Source: Eubacteriales bacterium
GTDB taxonomy: Bacteria; Bacillota; Clostridia; Oscillospirales; QAKW01
Length of the DNA: 48,943 nt
Assembly: GCA_045544795.1 (NCBI GenBank)
Contig: JAZPZR010000123.1
Span: 1 to 48,943 of the forward strand
Direction of reading: 5' to 3'
Shown: positions 1 to 9,610 of the stretch, one piece after another
Layout: each line of letters starts with the position of its first letter
How positions within the stretch are numbered: position 1 is the stretch's first letter
Position numbers and translations under genes: made by a program
Notes under the pieces: model-generated
What the model was told of the DNA's origin: nothing
What the model saw: only the letters and a program-made list of their open reading frames with translations
The model's database searches: none

Positions 1-30
1 GCAAAAAATCTTGTATTCTCTTAACATTTT

Positions 31-127
31 ACGTAAAAACTAAATCCCTCCACCGTCTTCGACGGTCCCCCTCCCTTTAGGCAAGGGAGGCTTTTCATCC
101 CGATAAACCGTAATTTATCCGTTATTG
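31..127. repeat. REP-like composite intergenic repeat (second copy at 3894..3988)
   Basis: About 95 nt align with 3894..3988 with few mismatches (acgtaaaaactaaatccctccacc.tcttcga.ggtccccctcccttta..caagggaggctt.tcatcccgataaacc). Contains hairpins accgtc-ttc-gacggt and ctccc..gggag. Confidence 0.8.
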
Positions 128-153
128 AAAAAATATTTGCAAGATATTATACT
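125..153 (+). promoter_or_regulatory. candidate sigmaA promoter of the lipoprotein gene
   Basis: TTGAAA (125..130), 17-nt spacer, TATACT (148..153), about 55 nt upstream of the ATG at 211. Confidence 0.45.
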
Positions 154-210
154 GAAAATGAAACGTTTTAGGGTTTTGATTACATATATAAATAGAAGGG
201 GTGTGAAATT

Positions 211-1437
211 ATGAAAAAAAGATGGTTTATACTTATTTTATGCTTTATGCTGATGCTTTCAGGCTGTAAGGCGGAAAAACCGCAGGATGACGAGCTTGCC
301 GAGACTATAACCGAAGAAGTGCCTGAAAATGTACCGTCTGATGAAATTACCGAAACTCCCGAACCGACACCCGACAACACGGATGCAGAGTCGATTTATT
401 TGACAGCCGAGTCGGTGGAGGTAAAATATGCGGGTGACGGCTTTGTCGTATTCAATGCGTTTAACAGCCTTGACCCTTATGTCAGCACAATTAATTTCAA
501 ATGCTACACCGATTTTAAATATGCAAAGGAACAGGACACCGCTTTATTTTCAGGTGAGTTGATACCGCTTGAAGAGGGTGAGTATTTTCAGGGTCGCGCA
601 TACGCAACACATATCGCAAAAGAGAACACGGTAATAAAGTTTGGCTTTGACCCCGATGATCTTGACGTGCGCGGTTCTGTCAGTCAGGCGGGTGACGGTT
701 ATATTATCGTTTCCGTCCGTTACAGAAATATAAAGGTGTACGTTGAAAACGCCGAGGAATACTGCATTGGGGACAACGTTTATATTAAGGGCAAAGCAGA
801 GTCGGTACAACCCTATACCGAGGGCAAGTATGAGATCAGTTTTGAAGTAAAAGATGCTGAAATTGAAATTCAGGAAGAGATAGCAGATGCCAAGCCTGTA
901 ATATATCTCTATCCCGAAAAGGAGACCGAGGTCAACGTAAAGCTAACCTATGACGGAAAGCTCACCTGCGTTTATCCCGAATATAACGGCGGGTGGACGG
1001 TCAGGGCAAGACCTGACGGCACGCTTTATGATAAAAACGGCAGGGAATATTACTGTTTGTATTGGGAAGGACAGCCGAACACACCGCGCGTGTACGATAA
1101 AAACGTCGGTTTTGTGGTAAAAGGCAGTGATACTGCGGAATTTTTGCGAGAAAAGCTGTTGTATCTCGGTCTTAACGAGCGCGAGGCGAATGAATTTATA
1201 ATTTATTGGCTGCCGCAGATGGAGGATAATAATTATAACTATATTTATTTTTCGGGTGAGGAATATACAAAGTCGGCAAGGCTTGATATAGACCCTGCCC
1301 CCGATACGCTCATTCGTGTTATGATGGTGTGGGAGCCTCTTGATATTCCGAGAAGGGTGACAGAGCAAAAGCTTGAAAAGGCGCCTGAACGAAACGGGTT
1401 TACCGCAGTTGAATGGGGCGGAACGAAAATAAAATGA
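211..1437 (+). CDS. lipoprotein of unknown function
   Basis: 408-aa ORF with SD-like gaagggg upstream. N-terminus MKKRWFILILCFMLMLSGC is a signal peptide plus lipobox, followed by an acidic P/E/T linker. No family recognised. Confidence 0.85.
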   Translation: MKKRWFILILCFMLMLSGCKAEKPQDDELAETITEEVPENVPSDEITETPEPTPDNTDAESIYLTAESVEVKYAGDGFVVFNAFNSLDPYVSTINFKCYTDFKYAKEQDTALFSGELIPLEEGEYFQGRAYATHIAKENTVIKFGFDPDDLDVRGSVSQAGDGYIIVSVRYRNIKVYVENAEEYCIGDNVYIKGKAESVQPYTEGKYEISFEVKDAEIEIQEEIADAKPVIYLYPEKETEVNVKLTYDGKLTCVYPEYNGGWTVRARPDGTLYDKNGREYYCLYWEGQPNTPRVYDKNVGFVVKGSDTAEFLREKLLYLGLNEREANEFIIYWLPQMEDNNYNYIYFSGEEYTKSARLDIDPAPDTLIRVMMVWEPLDIPRRVTEQKLEKAPERNGFTAVEWGGTKIK

Positions 1438-1504
1438 CGTTCAAATTGCGGTTTATCGGGATGGTAAAATTGCCTGAACCGCAAAATACGCACTTGCAAA
1501 ACCC

Positions 1505-1634
1505 AGCTCCCTCTGACGAGGGAGCTGTCACCGAAGGTGACTGAGGGAGAGAACAGCACAAGAATTACTGCTATTTTGATCTCTCCCTCCGTCTTTTGCC
1601 TACGGCAAAATCCACCTCCCTCGTCAGAGGGAGG
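1505..1634. repeat. REP-like inverted pair (CTCCC..GGGAG hairpin family)
   Basis: agctccctctgacgagggagct + gtcaccgaaggtgac + tgagggagag, then ctctccctc ... cctccctcgtcagagggagg. Same module type as 31..127, 3811..3988, 6983..7104, 46393..46412 and 48723..48742. Confidence 0.75.
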
Positions 1635-1688
1635 CGGGGGCTAGTCCGTCATATGTACATCCCTACAAACCGCAATTTGACAGGTTAC

Positions 1689-1718
1689 AAAAAAATCACC
1701 GATTTCTCGGTGATTTTT
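1689..1718 (-). terminator. bidirectional intrinsic terminator
   Basis: Hairpin atcaccga-tttc-tcggtgat (1695..1714) flanked by an A-run and a T-run, immediately downstream of the stop of the minus-strand gene at 1720. Confidence 0.7.
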
Positions 1719-1719
1719 G

Positions 1720-3747
1720 TTATATAAGCGGTTTTATTTCATTTTCAAGTACTTGGAGCGTTGTGGCTATCTTCCACTCGATATGCTCACGGTCGCACAT
1801 ATATTCCATTGACGGCTCCCAGCCAAGACGCGAATCATACTCGACAAGCGGAATTGTACTTTCCGCGTTTTCTATCTCTGCAAGCGCTATGTTATACATG
1901 GCGGCATAGTCCTTGCTTTTGCGGGCAAGATGCCACTTTTTCGTATTGACTGTGGTCTGCGCGCACCTTGCCATAAACCGCGCAAGCGTTGCAAGGCGGG
2001 TGGCATCCGGCTTTTTTGAGGGGTGTATCTCGTCTATAACGGAAAAGAGTATGTCCGCGCCCTTATCAAAAAGCTCAATTGCTTTTGTGTTGTAGCGTAT
2101 CTCATGATTTATGCGCTCAAAATCCTCTTTTGTTTCAAGCGGATATCTGTACTTGGGTCTGCATATCGTGTTTCCGCCGAAGCGCGCCCACGGTACGCTC
2201 GGTATCGTATAGTCCTTTCTGAAAAGAAGCGGGTAGGCGGGACCTATTCTGTAAGGCCCGTACTGGTCATTACTGTTTGTGACCGTGTGGCGTATGCCTT
2301 CGCTCAGATAATTCCACGCTTCAGTCACTCTGTCCGCCGTCTCCTTTGAAAAATCGCGCGCGGCGATGCGGAAAAGTATAGCGTTTATATCGGTATCGGG
2401 CGAGTGGAACATCCACTTCGCAAGGTCGGTAATAAAGGACGGATAGATACCGAAATGGTGCGATTCCATAAGTCCGCACAGACCGCACTCATCGTGGTAC
2501 TTTTTCATGGCGCTGTATCTGCGCGCCCACTGCTGCGGGGCGGGAACGTAGGGGATAACGCCCATATCCCAGGTGGCGCCTGCCGTGTTGACCATTGAGT
2601 AAAGCTTTATATTACGGCGCGCCGCCTCTTTTGCCTCGCTGTCAAAATATTTGCCGGGGCCTTCAAAATGAAGGGCATAGTCGGCAATTACGTCGGTCAC
2701 ACCCTCGCGCTCAAGCCTTTCAAACATTTCAAAGGTGACCTCAAGCGTGATACCGTCGGGTACGTTACGTATAAGCTCAAGCCTCGGCTGTTCGGGTTGC
2801 TTGCCCCAGTTATAAGTCCAGAAAACAAGCTCCTTGTCCTGAGGAATTGCGTTTTTTATCATGTTAAGGAGAAGCGGGTAGTCGTAGCATGGCCACCAGC
2901 CCGGATTTGGCTTGTCTGTTTTCTTTTTGCCGTTTTCGTCCACGTTTTCAAGGCGGAACATCATTGACGTGTTGGTGTCGCGGCTGCGGAATTCGCACGA
3001 TTCGCCCACAAGCACCACACCCTTGAAGCCTGGGTATTTTCTGAACAGGTCACCGTAAAGCGTGTCGTAAAACTTCTGCCCCTCCTCGCCTTCGGGATAT
3101 ACCTCGTTATGAAGATAGCTGTATATATACACGTCGAGACCGTAATTTCCCGCGCGGTAGATTATATCGTTAAAGTCCTTGGGACCTGCCGAGGTCATGC
3201 CGGGACCGCGCACAAAAAGAAGTATTGCGGTGTAGCCCGCGTGGGCGATATTGGCAAGATGCTCGTTCGGAAAATCGTCAAGCCCGAAACCGCTGTGTAC
3301 CATGCGCGTTTTGTATAAGGAGGAAACGGTCTTGTCCTGAAGGTCGATAAAAGGGCCTTCGTTCAGATTCATAATATCTTCGAGGTAAAAGCCCGCCTGC
3401 ATGAGAGCGCGGCTGTCACAGGCTGTGAATGTGATCTTGTTGTTTTCTACGCAGATCCGGTAGTCCCCCTCGGAAAGAGCGCTGTCATATCTGTAAATTA
3501 TCGCGTTTTTGCCTTGGTCTTTTGCAGTGAGCGTTAGAGAGATACCCATTGATACAAAAAAGTAATCGACAAGGTCGCGCGCGGCAGTAAGCAATACGCG
3601 GTCGGCATTTTCGGGGATTACAACGTACCAGCCGTCTGTTATCTCAAGCTGATTTTGTCCGCATACGGCATACGGCATGCGCCTGCCTTTTTTGTGTATT
3701 TCGAGCATGCGCTCGCGGAACTGATAGTTTCTTTCCATGTCCATCAC
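1720..3747 (-). CDS. hypothetical cytoplasmic protein (possibly a carbohydrate-active TIM-barrel enzyme; function not established)
   Basis: 675-aa uninterrupted ORF with no signal peptide. Antisense ORFs inside it are short. I could not assign a family with confidence. Confidence 0.75.
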   Translation of the reverse strand: MMDMERNYQFRERMLEIHKKGRRMPYAVCGQNQLEITDGWYVVIPENADRVLLTAARDLVDYFFVSMGISLTLTAKDQGKNAIIYRYDSALSEGDYRICVENNKITFTACDSRALMQAGFYLEDIMNLNEGPFIDLQDKTVSSLYKTRMVHSGFGLDDFPNEHLANIAHAGYTAILLFVRGPGMTSAGPKDFNDIIYRAGNYGLDVYIYSYLHNEVYPEGEEGQKFYDTLYGDLFRKYPGFKGVVLVGESCEFRSRDTNTSMMFRLENVDENGKKKTDKPNPGWWPCYDYPLLLNMIKNAIPQDKELVFWTYNWGKQPEQPRLELIRNVPDGITLEVTFEMFERLEREGVTDVIADYALHFEGPGKYFDSEAKEAARRNIKLYSMVNTAGATWDMGVIPYVPAPQQWARRYSAMKKYHDECGLCGLMESHHFGIYPSFITDLAKWMFHSPDTDINAILFRIAARDFSKETADRVTEAWNYLSEGIRHTVTNSNDQYGPYRIGPAYPLLFRKDYTIPSVPWARFGGNTICRPKYRYPLETKEDFERINHEIRYNTKAIELFDKGADILFSVIDEIHPSKKPDATRLATLARFMARCAQTTVNTKKWHLARKSKDYAAMYNIALAEIENAESTIPLVEYDSRLGWEPSMEYMCDREHIEWKIATTLQVLENEIKPLI

Positions 3748-3810
3748 CTCGGATACATTATATATAAATCTAAAATGATTTTCAATATAAATTACGGTTT
3801 ATAGAAGAAG

Positions 3811-3988
3811 GCTCCCTTGTAAAGGGAGCTGTCGAGCGTATGCGAGACTGAGGGATTTGGAGATGCAAAAATACTTGTATTTACAAGGTTTTTACGTAAA
3901 AACTAAATCCCTCCACCATCTTCGATGGTCCCCCTCCCTTTACAAGGGAGGCTTCTCATCCCGATAAACCACAATTTAAACGTTATTT
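3811..3988. repeat. REP-like composite repeat (imperfect large palindrome; right half is a copy of 31..127)
   Basis: gctcccttgtaaagggagc..gagactgagggattt (left arm) is mirrored by aaatccctccaccatcttcgatggtccccctccctttacaagggaggc (right arm). Confidence 0.8.
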
Positions 3989-4189
3989 ATTAAACTCGGG
4001 GTTATCGGTTCTGCCGACGAGGTAGTCTATAGATACGTTAAAATAATCGGCTATTTTTATAAGCTCGACTATGCCCGGCTCACGTTCTCCCGTTTCGTAT
4101 CTGCTGATAGTATTCTGATTTGTATTAAGGTCTATTGCAAGCTTGAGCTGAGAAATGCCCCGACCCTTGCGAAGTTGTTTAAGTCTCAT
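3983..4189 (-). CDS. XRE-family helix-turn-helix transcriptional regulator
   Basis: 68 aa; LRKGRGISQLKLAIDLNTNQNTISRYETGEREP is a classic HTH_3/Cro-C1 motif. Divergent from the SLH protein gene. Confidence 0.9.
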   Translation of the reverse strand: MRLKQLRKGRGISQLKLAIDLNTNQNTISRYETGEREPGIVELIKIADYFNVSIDYLVGRTDNPEFNK

Positions 4190-4205
4190 TTTTTGTCACC
4201 GCCTC

Positions 4206-4234
4206 TTGACAAAATTATCCCACATTGGTATAAT
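4206..4234 (+). promoter_or_regulatory. consensus sigmaA promoter of the SLH protein gene
   Basis: TTGACA (4206..4211), 17 nt, TATAAT (4229..4234). Confidence 0.65.
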
Positions 4235-4280
4235 CAAAATATCCCGATATGGTATATTATTTTTTAAAGAGGTGGATTTT

Positions 4281-6905
4281 ATGAAGAAAAGAATTTTATC
4301 GTTATTACTTATTATAGTAATAAGTTTAACGACGGTTGTGTTTGCGCAGGCAGCGACCGACACGGCATTTATTGATACTGATGCATATAATCAACTTGCA
4401 GAACAGTATGCGGTAACAAAAAATACCGGACGTCCGTTAAAGGGCGCGGGAAATTCAGCGGCTTTTAACGCTATGAAGAATGCAATTGTTTCAAAAGGAG
4501 AGTACGTATCCTCTTCAAGCAGTTATATGTACGCTGCATATAGTTCGAACGGTCTTGGCTTTGCATATTTTTATAACACAGACATGTCGGAGATATGTTT
4601 ATTTACAACAAATTCAAGTGACAGTATCACATCGTCCACGGCAATATGGCTTGACAGCTCTCTTGACGGCAGCTATGATTGGGTAACAATTATAACCGGT
4701 ATTGGGTCACAAATTACGGCAAGAGGAACGGTTACCTCGAGCTATGATATAGGCGATACGCTGTATTCATCATCATATGACGGTGAAAGTGCTCTTAAAG
4801 AGACGGTTATGTCTCTTGCCAATACAATGGTAGCGGGAATTATTGAGTATTTTCCGATAGGACTTAACCAGCTTGGTATTTCACAGTATCATTTCGCAGA
4901 TTTTAATTTGAATGAGTATGCAATTTGCATATCATCGCACAGCTACGGCAGTTATTCAAGTAACGGTGACGGTACGAAAACACGCTCCTGCTCTGAGTGT
5001 TTTCATAAGCAGACAGTAGCCGACAGTTCAGGCGGTTCAGGTAGTTCAGGCACGGGCGGTAACGATACACCTGCACAGGCACCTCAGCCCTTTACCGACC
5101 TTCTTAACTTTTTAAAAGCACACGGTGTAGGTTCGGGCACAGGCTCGTATAAGTACACGCCCAATACAAATACACCTGATTTTACAATTTCAACACCTAA
5201 CGCACAGTCGGAAATAGCATGTAATCTCAAGTCAAAATCGGGTTCGCTTGAGGCAACCTGCATTCTTACTATTAATAATAAGCTTGACGGAGCATATGGC
5301 TATACCTGCATGGTCTCCTACGGCTCGTTATATATGATAATAAACGGAGAAATCCCCGTTGGGTATAAGCTCGGAGATACTGTACCTGTTACATATAACA
5401 CCAATATGACTTCACAAGCAAGTAAGGATACGGCGTTAAAGCTTGCGAATACAGGTCTTGAAACGATAATCAAAATGTTTGCGGCATCACTTGGCTTGAT
5501 CTCGACAAATTATTCATCATTCCCGGATTACCATATAAGTGATTACGGCTTCAATGAGTTTGTAATCTGTACTGACGGAAGTCATACCAACTCCAAATTT
5601 TTCGACGGACCTGACGGCTTAAAATATACTTATTGCGATGACTGCTATAAACGCAGCACAATAGAAGTGGGCAATAACGAGGTTTCACCCGGACATTTTA
5701 TTGCAACACAAGAGGGAACACAGCAACCCGAGTCGACCACAACTCTTTATTCGCTTTGGAAAAACACAAGGGGTTATTTGAGCGATTATAGAAACAATGG
5801 CTATGTGTTAGATCCGTATGAAATACAGCTTATAGAGATGTATACCGGGGATACAGCCGCTGAAATAGTAGAGGATTATAACCATTATAACGAGGATCCT
5901 GCATCTGACGAGCAGTGGATTCTGATGAAATTCAGAATAAAGAATAACGGCGGTGTTACTATAGAGGGATCTGATATACTCGGAAATTCAGAGTACAGTG
6001 AACAGTTTTATACAAAAGACGGCGTTCTTATTGATATAATTGATTGTGCGGTTGTTGAAGGCAATGATATTTATGACGATATTCTTCCCGGAACGTCGGC
6101 GGAGATACAAATGGCAGTGCTTGTAAAAAAATCTGTAGGATATCCGTGCATATATATACCGATAGATTATGAAAATTATAATGAGGTGTATGCAAAAACA
6201 ACTATAGATCCTGATTACGTTCTCAGCGAGTCTGCACCCACGCCCACACCTACTCCCGATCCAAATCCTGCGCCCACACCTGATCCTGCACCCACACCCG
6301 AAGAAAAGCCTGTTGAGATCGTAGATACAACAAGAATATTTACCGATATAAAGACGGGTAAGTGGTACACAAACGCGGTAAACTATGCGTATACATACGG
6401 TTTCATCGCAGGTGTAAGCAAGACAGAGTTTGGTCGCGACGTACCTGTTACCCGCGGTATGTTTATCACGATTCTTGCGAGAATTGCAGGTGTAAATACA
6501 TCGGGCAGCGCAAATAAGGTTTCGACCAAATTTACCGACGTAAAATCCGGTAAATATTATACTGCGGCAATAAAATGGGGTAACGAGGCGGGAATCGTAT
6601 CAGGTGTTTCCAATACGAGCTTTGCTCCCAATGATGCTATTACTCGCGAACAGCTTTGCGTTATGATAACAGGATTTGCAAGCTATATGGGAATAAGTCT
6701 GATACCCAATGAGGCACAAATATCCTTCAAGGATAATGCTTCAATTTCAAAGTGGGCAAAAACAGCCGTTCAGAAATGTCAGCGTGCTGATATTGTAAAC
6801 GGATATAGCGTATCAGGCGGAACAGATTTCCGACCCAAGAATACTGCAACAAGAGCAGAAGCTGCACAGATTCTCTATAAATTCCATAAGGACTTTGTGG
6901 CATAA
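4281..6905 (+). CDS. cell-wall-anchored surface protein with three C-terminal SLH domains
   Basis: Start moved to the ATG at 4281 (SD aaagaggtgg; signal peptide MKKRILSLLLIIVISLTTVVFAQA). The N-terminal module is duplicated, there is a PTPTPDP linker, and there are three SLH repeats (FTDIKTGKWYTNAVNYAY.., FTDVKSGKYYTAAIKWG.., FKDNASISKWAKTAVQKC..). Confidence 0.9.
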   Translation: MKKRILSLLLIIVISLTTVVFAQAATDTAFIDTDAYNQLAEQYAVTKNTGRPLKGAGNSAAFNAMKNAIVSKGEYVSSSSSYMYAAYSSNGLGFAYFYNTDMSEICLFTTNSSDSITSSTAIWLDSSLDGSYDWVTIITGIGSQITARGTVTSSYDIGDTLYSSSYDGESALKETVMSLANTMVAGIIEYFPIGLNQLGISQYHFADFNLNEYAICISSHSYGSYSSNGDGTKTRSCSECFHKQTVADSSGGSGSSGTGGNDTPAQAPQPFTDLLNFLKAHGVGSGTGSYKYTPNTNTPDFTISTPNAQSEIACNLKSKSGSLEATCILTINNKLDGAYGYTCMVSYGSLYMIINGEIPVGYKLGDTVPVTYNTNMTSQASKDTALKLANTGLETIIKMFAASLGLISTNYSSFPDYHISDYGFNEFVICTDGSHTNSKFFDGPDGLKYTYCDDCYKRSTIEVGNNEVSPGHFIATQEGTQQPESTTTLYSLWKNTRGYLSDYRNNGYVLDPYEIQLIEMYTGDTAAEIVEDYNHYNEDPASDEQWILMKFRIKNNGGVTIEGSDILGNSEYSEQFYTKDGVLIDIIDCAVVEGNDIYDDILPGTSAEIQMAVLVKKSVGYPCIYIPIDYENYNEVYAKTTIDPDYVLSESAPTPTPTPDPNPAPTPDPAPTPEEKPVEIVDTTRIFTDIKTGKWYTNAVNYAYTYGFIAGVSKTEFGRDVPVTRGMFITILARIAGVNTSGSANKVSTKFTDVKSGKYYTAAIKWGNEAGIVSGVSNTSFAPNDAITREQLCVMITGFASYMGISLIPNEAQISFKDNASISKWAKTAVQKCQRADIVNGYSVSGGTDFRPKNTATRAEAAQILYKFHKDFVA

Positions 6906-6916
6906 TTAAAATCAAA

Positions 6917-6945
6917 ACGGCAGAGGATAATTCTCTGCCGTTTTT
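6917..6945 (+). terminator. intrinsic terminator
   Basis: acggcagag-gataatt-ctctgccgt followed by ttttt. Confidence 0.8.
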
Positions 6946-6982
6946 AAATTGTAGTTTAGCGGGGAATTCGAACTAACCAATG

Positions 6983-7104
6983 CCTCTCCTTGTCAGGAGA
7001 GGGGGACCGTCGAAGACGGTGGAAAGGTAGTCAGTTTTGTAGAGTTTCGCTTGATGCTGACTACCCCTCAGTCGCTTCGCGACAGCTCCCCTGACAAGTG
7101 GAGC
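6983..7104. repeat. REP-like inverted pair (CTCC..GGAG family)
   Basis: cctctccttgtcaggagagg + ggaccgtcgaagacggtgg ... gctcccctgacaagtggagc, which is the reverse-orientation version of cctccacttgtcaggggagg at 46393 and 48723. Confidence 0.7.
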
Positions 7105-7160
7105 CATGAGAGTACACTAATTCCGTCTATTCAACAAACTACAAATTAAAAGTTATTACA

Positions 7161-7201
7161 AAATATAAAAATGCGGAAGAAAGCTATGTCTTCTTCCGCA
7201 T
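7161..7201 (-). terminator. intrinsic terminator (bidirectional hairpin)
   Basis: atgcggaagaa-agctatgtc-ttcttccgcat with flanking A and T runs, directly after the stop at 7206. Confidence 0.75.
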
Positions 7202-7205
7202 TTTA

Positions 7206-8702
7206 TTATTTAAAAAAGAAATTTTTTGTGTAGTAATCGGAATTCATTTTGAGCTCTGCGTTAAACCCGTCAAGCCCCTTTTCCTCTGCAAGCGTCGGCT
7301 TGTCCGAAAAGATATTGGTGCCGAGTCCCAGTCTTTCGCCCTCAATTTCACAGCCCATCGCCGCAAGCGTCGAGGGAAACAGGTCGATAGCACCAAAGAT
7401 GCGGTTTTTAGTGTTTTCAGGCTCGGCTACAGAGTTTATAAAGCAATTATAAACTGTCCGCTGATAGCTGTCGTCCACGTTTCTTTCAAAAAATCCGCTA
7501 TCCATCGACGGATGGTCACCAACAATAACAACCGTTGTGTTTTCGTAAAAATCCTGCGCCTTTATCCACTCGATAAACGCATATATCTGCCTGCTTGCGC
7601 AGGAGATAACGTTTTTATACTGTTCGTTATGCTCCCACACGCAAAGGTCACATTTGTAGCCGTCGACGTGGTGAGTATCAACTGTCAGCATAGAGACCGC
7701 AAACGGCCTGTCCTTTTTTGAAAGCCGTGTGATGAGCTCTTTTGCGTATTCGTACAGATACATGTCCTCCATGCCCCACCATACGTAATAGTCTTCGTCT
7801 ACAATACCTTCCTCGCGGGCATCGTGCAGGTCGTATATCTTATTGAAGCCGTGCTGTGAGTAATATCTTTCCCTTCCGCCGAAGGAAGCCTCCGACCCTA
7901 CCATCAGCGCCTGATAGTAGCCCTCTTCATCAAGAATATCACCCATGGTCGTAAGACCCGGCAGATACTCGTCCTCTTCCGCATAGGTGGTGCTTGTAAA
8001 TCCCGGCGGAGTTTTAAGCGGTACGCCCGACGTCTGCGACACCATTGACGCTATCGTCCAGCCCGCGCCTGCAAGCTCGTAAAATCCGCCGACGCCGTCA
8101 TTATGCGAAAAGTTGATATTATCCTTTGCAAGACCGTAGAGCTCGGGCACAAGATCTTCGTCCACCGCGCCGCCGACCTCTTTTTGCATAAATGCGGTCT
8201 CCATCGACTCAAGCATTATGTATATCAGATTACGTTTTTGTTCGGGAAAAGCTATGTCCGTCTCCTTCGGGTCGACGTACTCGTCCTGAAAAAGCGTCGA
8301 TTGCTTTGAAAGATAGCTTATATACTCGGGCAGTTTTACTTGCGCCGCCGCGGTGAACATAAGCACGGCGCAGAGTATCAGCGAAATCGGCGCATATATC
8401 CACATGGGGAATGGCCACAGCTTTACCTTTTTGATCTTAAGGGAAAAGCGCGGCTTTAACATCAGCAAAAGGCAGACAAGCGCCGAGCATACCGCCGCGG
8501 GAAGCAGACCCTCAAGCAGATACCCCGTTACAAGCCCCGACTGTACACCGCCGACGTCGTTTAAAAGCGTGTACAGTATCGAGTCAAAGCCGATATCACC
8601 GTATACGCGGATATACCAGAGCGCCGCAAACAGCGCTGCAAAAGCCACCGACACAAGTATACAGCACAGTATTTTAACAAGTACGGTTAAGAATTTTTTC
8701 AT
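7206..8702 (-). CDS. LTA synthase (LtaS)/sulfatase-family membrane protein
   Basis: 498 aa. Multi-TM N-terminus plus an extracellular sulfatase-like domain (YIMLESME, TVDTHH, GDHPSMD). Confidence 0.8.
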   Translation of the reverse strand: MKKFLTVLVKILCCILVSVAFAALFAALWYIRVYGDIGFDSILYTLLNDVGGVQSGLVTGYLLEGLLPAAVCSALVCLLLMLKPRFSLKIKKVKLWPFPMWIYAPISLILCAVLMFTAAAQVKLPEYISYLSKQSTLFQDEYVDPKETDIAFPEQKRNLIYIMLESMETAFMQKEVGGAVDEDLVPELYGLAKDNINFSHNDGVGGFYELAGAGWTIASMVSQTSGVPLKTPPGFTSTTYAEEDEYLPGLTTMGDILDEEGYYQALMVGSEASFGGRERYYSQHGFNKIYDLHDAREEGIVDEDYYVWWGMEDMYLYEYAKELITRLSKKDRPFAVSMLTVDTHHVDGYKCDLCVWEHNEQYKNVISCASRQIYAFIEWIKAQDFYENTTVVIVGDHPSMDSGFFERNVDDSYQRTVYNCFINSVAEPENTKNRIFGAIDLFPSTLAAMGCEIEGERLGLGTNIFSDKPTLAEEKGLDGFNAELKMNSDYYTKNFFFK

Positions 8703-9598
8703 CTGTTGATCTTACGGTTTTTGATTTCGTCAAAATATTCTTTTGTAGTACCTGTTGACAGCATGTCGATGTAGTGCTTGCTGTCCCTTGGGTCCTTTAC
8801 TTCCATGTAGGTGCCGCCGCAGTAGCCCGAATGGTCACTGCCGCCGGATATGTAAATGCCCTTTTCAAGAGCTATCTTATACGCCTCGGCTCTTTCCTCG
8901 GACGGAAGGTCGGGATGCCATACCTCCATACCGTCGATACCCTTTTTGACAAGAGCGTCAATATGGTGCAGGTGGCCGTTGGGGTGCGCCACGAATATGA
9001 TACCGCCTGCATCGTGTACAAGCTTTATCATCTCATCGTCGTTTAAAAACTCATAAGCAGGGGGAATAGTAGAGCGGTATTTACCGAACACGGTTGCAAA
9101 AAAATCGCGGTACTGACTGTCGTCGATAAGTCCCTTTGCCTTCATGAGCCTGAAAACGTGCTCGTTGCAAAGCCACTTGATGCCCTTGTTGTACTCAAGC
9201 ACCTCGTCCCAGGTAAAGCCGTGCAGATACCCTATCTCAAACCCACGCTCCACAAGCTTTTTGGTCTGGTCTGTCTCACGCAGACCCATACCCTCAAGAT
9301 ACTCCTTCATCGCGGGGTATTCGGGGTCGAAATGGTAGGCGGTAAGGTGGAATTTACCGAGACTGCCGTCAGGACGCTTTAAAAGCTCACTGTATGCGGT
9401 AAACTCAACACCGAAAATGCTTTCAAGACCCAGCCTGTCGCACTCCGCCTTGAATTCGGGGTAAGCGGTCGCAGTATCGTGGTCGGTAACTGCCGCCGCC
9501 TTGTAGCCCTCGCGGTAAGCGTACTGCGCAAGCTCTGTTGGTGTGTATCTTCCGTCGGAATGTGTCGAATGAAGGTGCAGGTTAGCGTAAAAATCCAT
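8699..9598 (-). CDS. PHP-domain metal-dependent phosphoesterase
   Basis: 299 aa; NLHLHSTHSDG and VTDHDT motifs. 4-nt overlap with the downstream gene. Confidence 0.85.
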   Translation of the reverse strand: MDFYANLHLHSTHSDGRYTPTELAQYAYREGYKAAAVTDHDTATAYPEFKAECDRLGLESIFGVEFTAYSELLKRPDGSLGKFHLTAYHFDPEYPAMKEYLEGMGLRETDQTKKLVERGFEIGYLHGFTWDEVLEYNKGIKWLCNEHVFRLMKAKGLIDDSQYRDFFATVFGKYRSTIPPAYEFLNDDEMIKLVHDAGGIIFVAHPNGHLHHIDALVKKGIDGMEVWHPDLPSEERAEAYKIALEKGIYISGGSDHSGYCGGTYMEVKDPRDSKHYIDMLSTGTTKEYFDEIKNRKINR

Positions 9599-9610
9599 AG
9601 TGATTCTCCT

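Noticed and set aside
4217-4258. Two direct atccc....tggtata.t boxes (4217..4234, 4241..4258) in the XRE/SLH intergenic region, considered as XRE operators.
   Set aside because: Only 13 of 18 positions match, and the first box is simply the promoter spacer plus -10. This is insufficient to call an operator.
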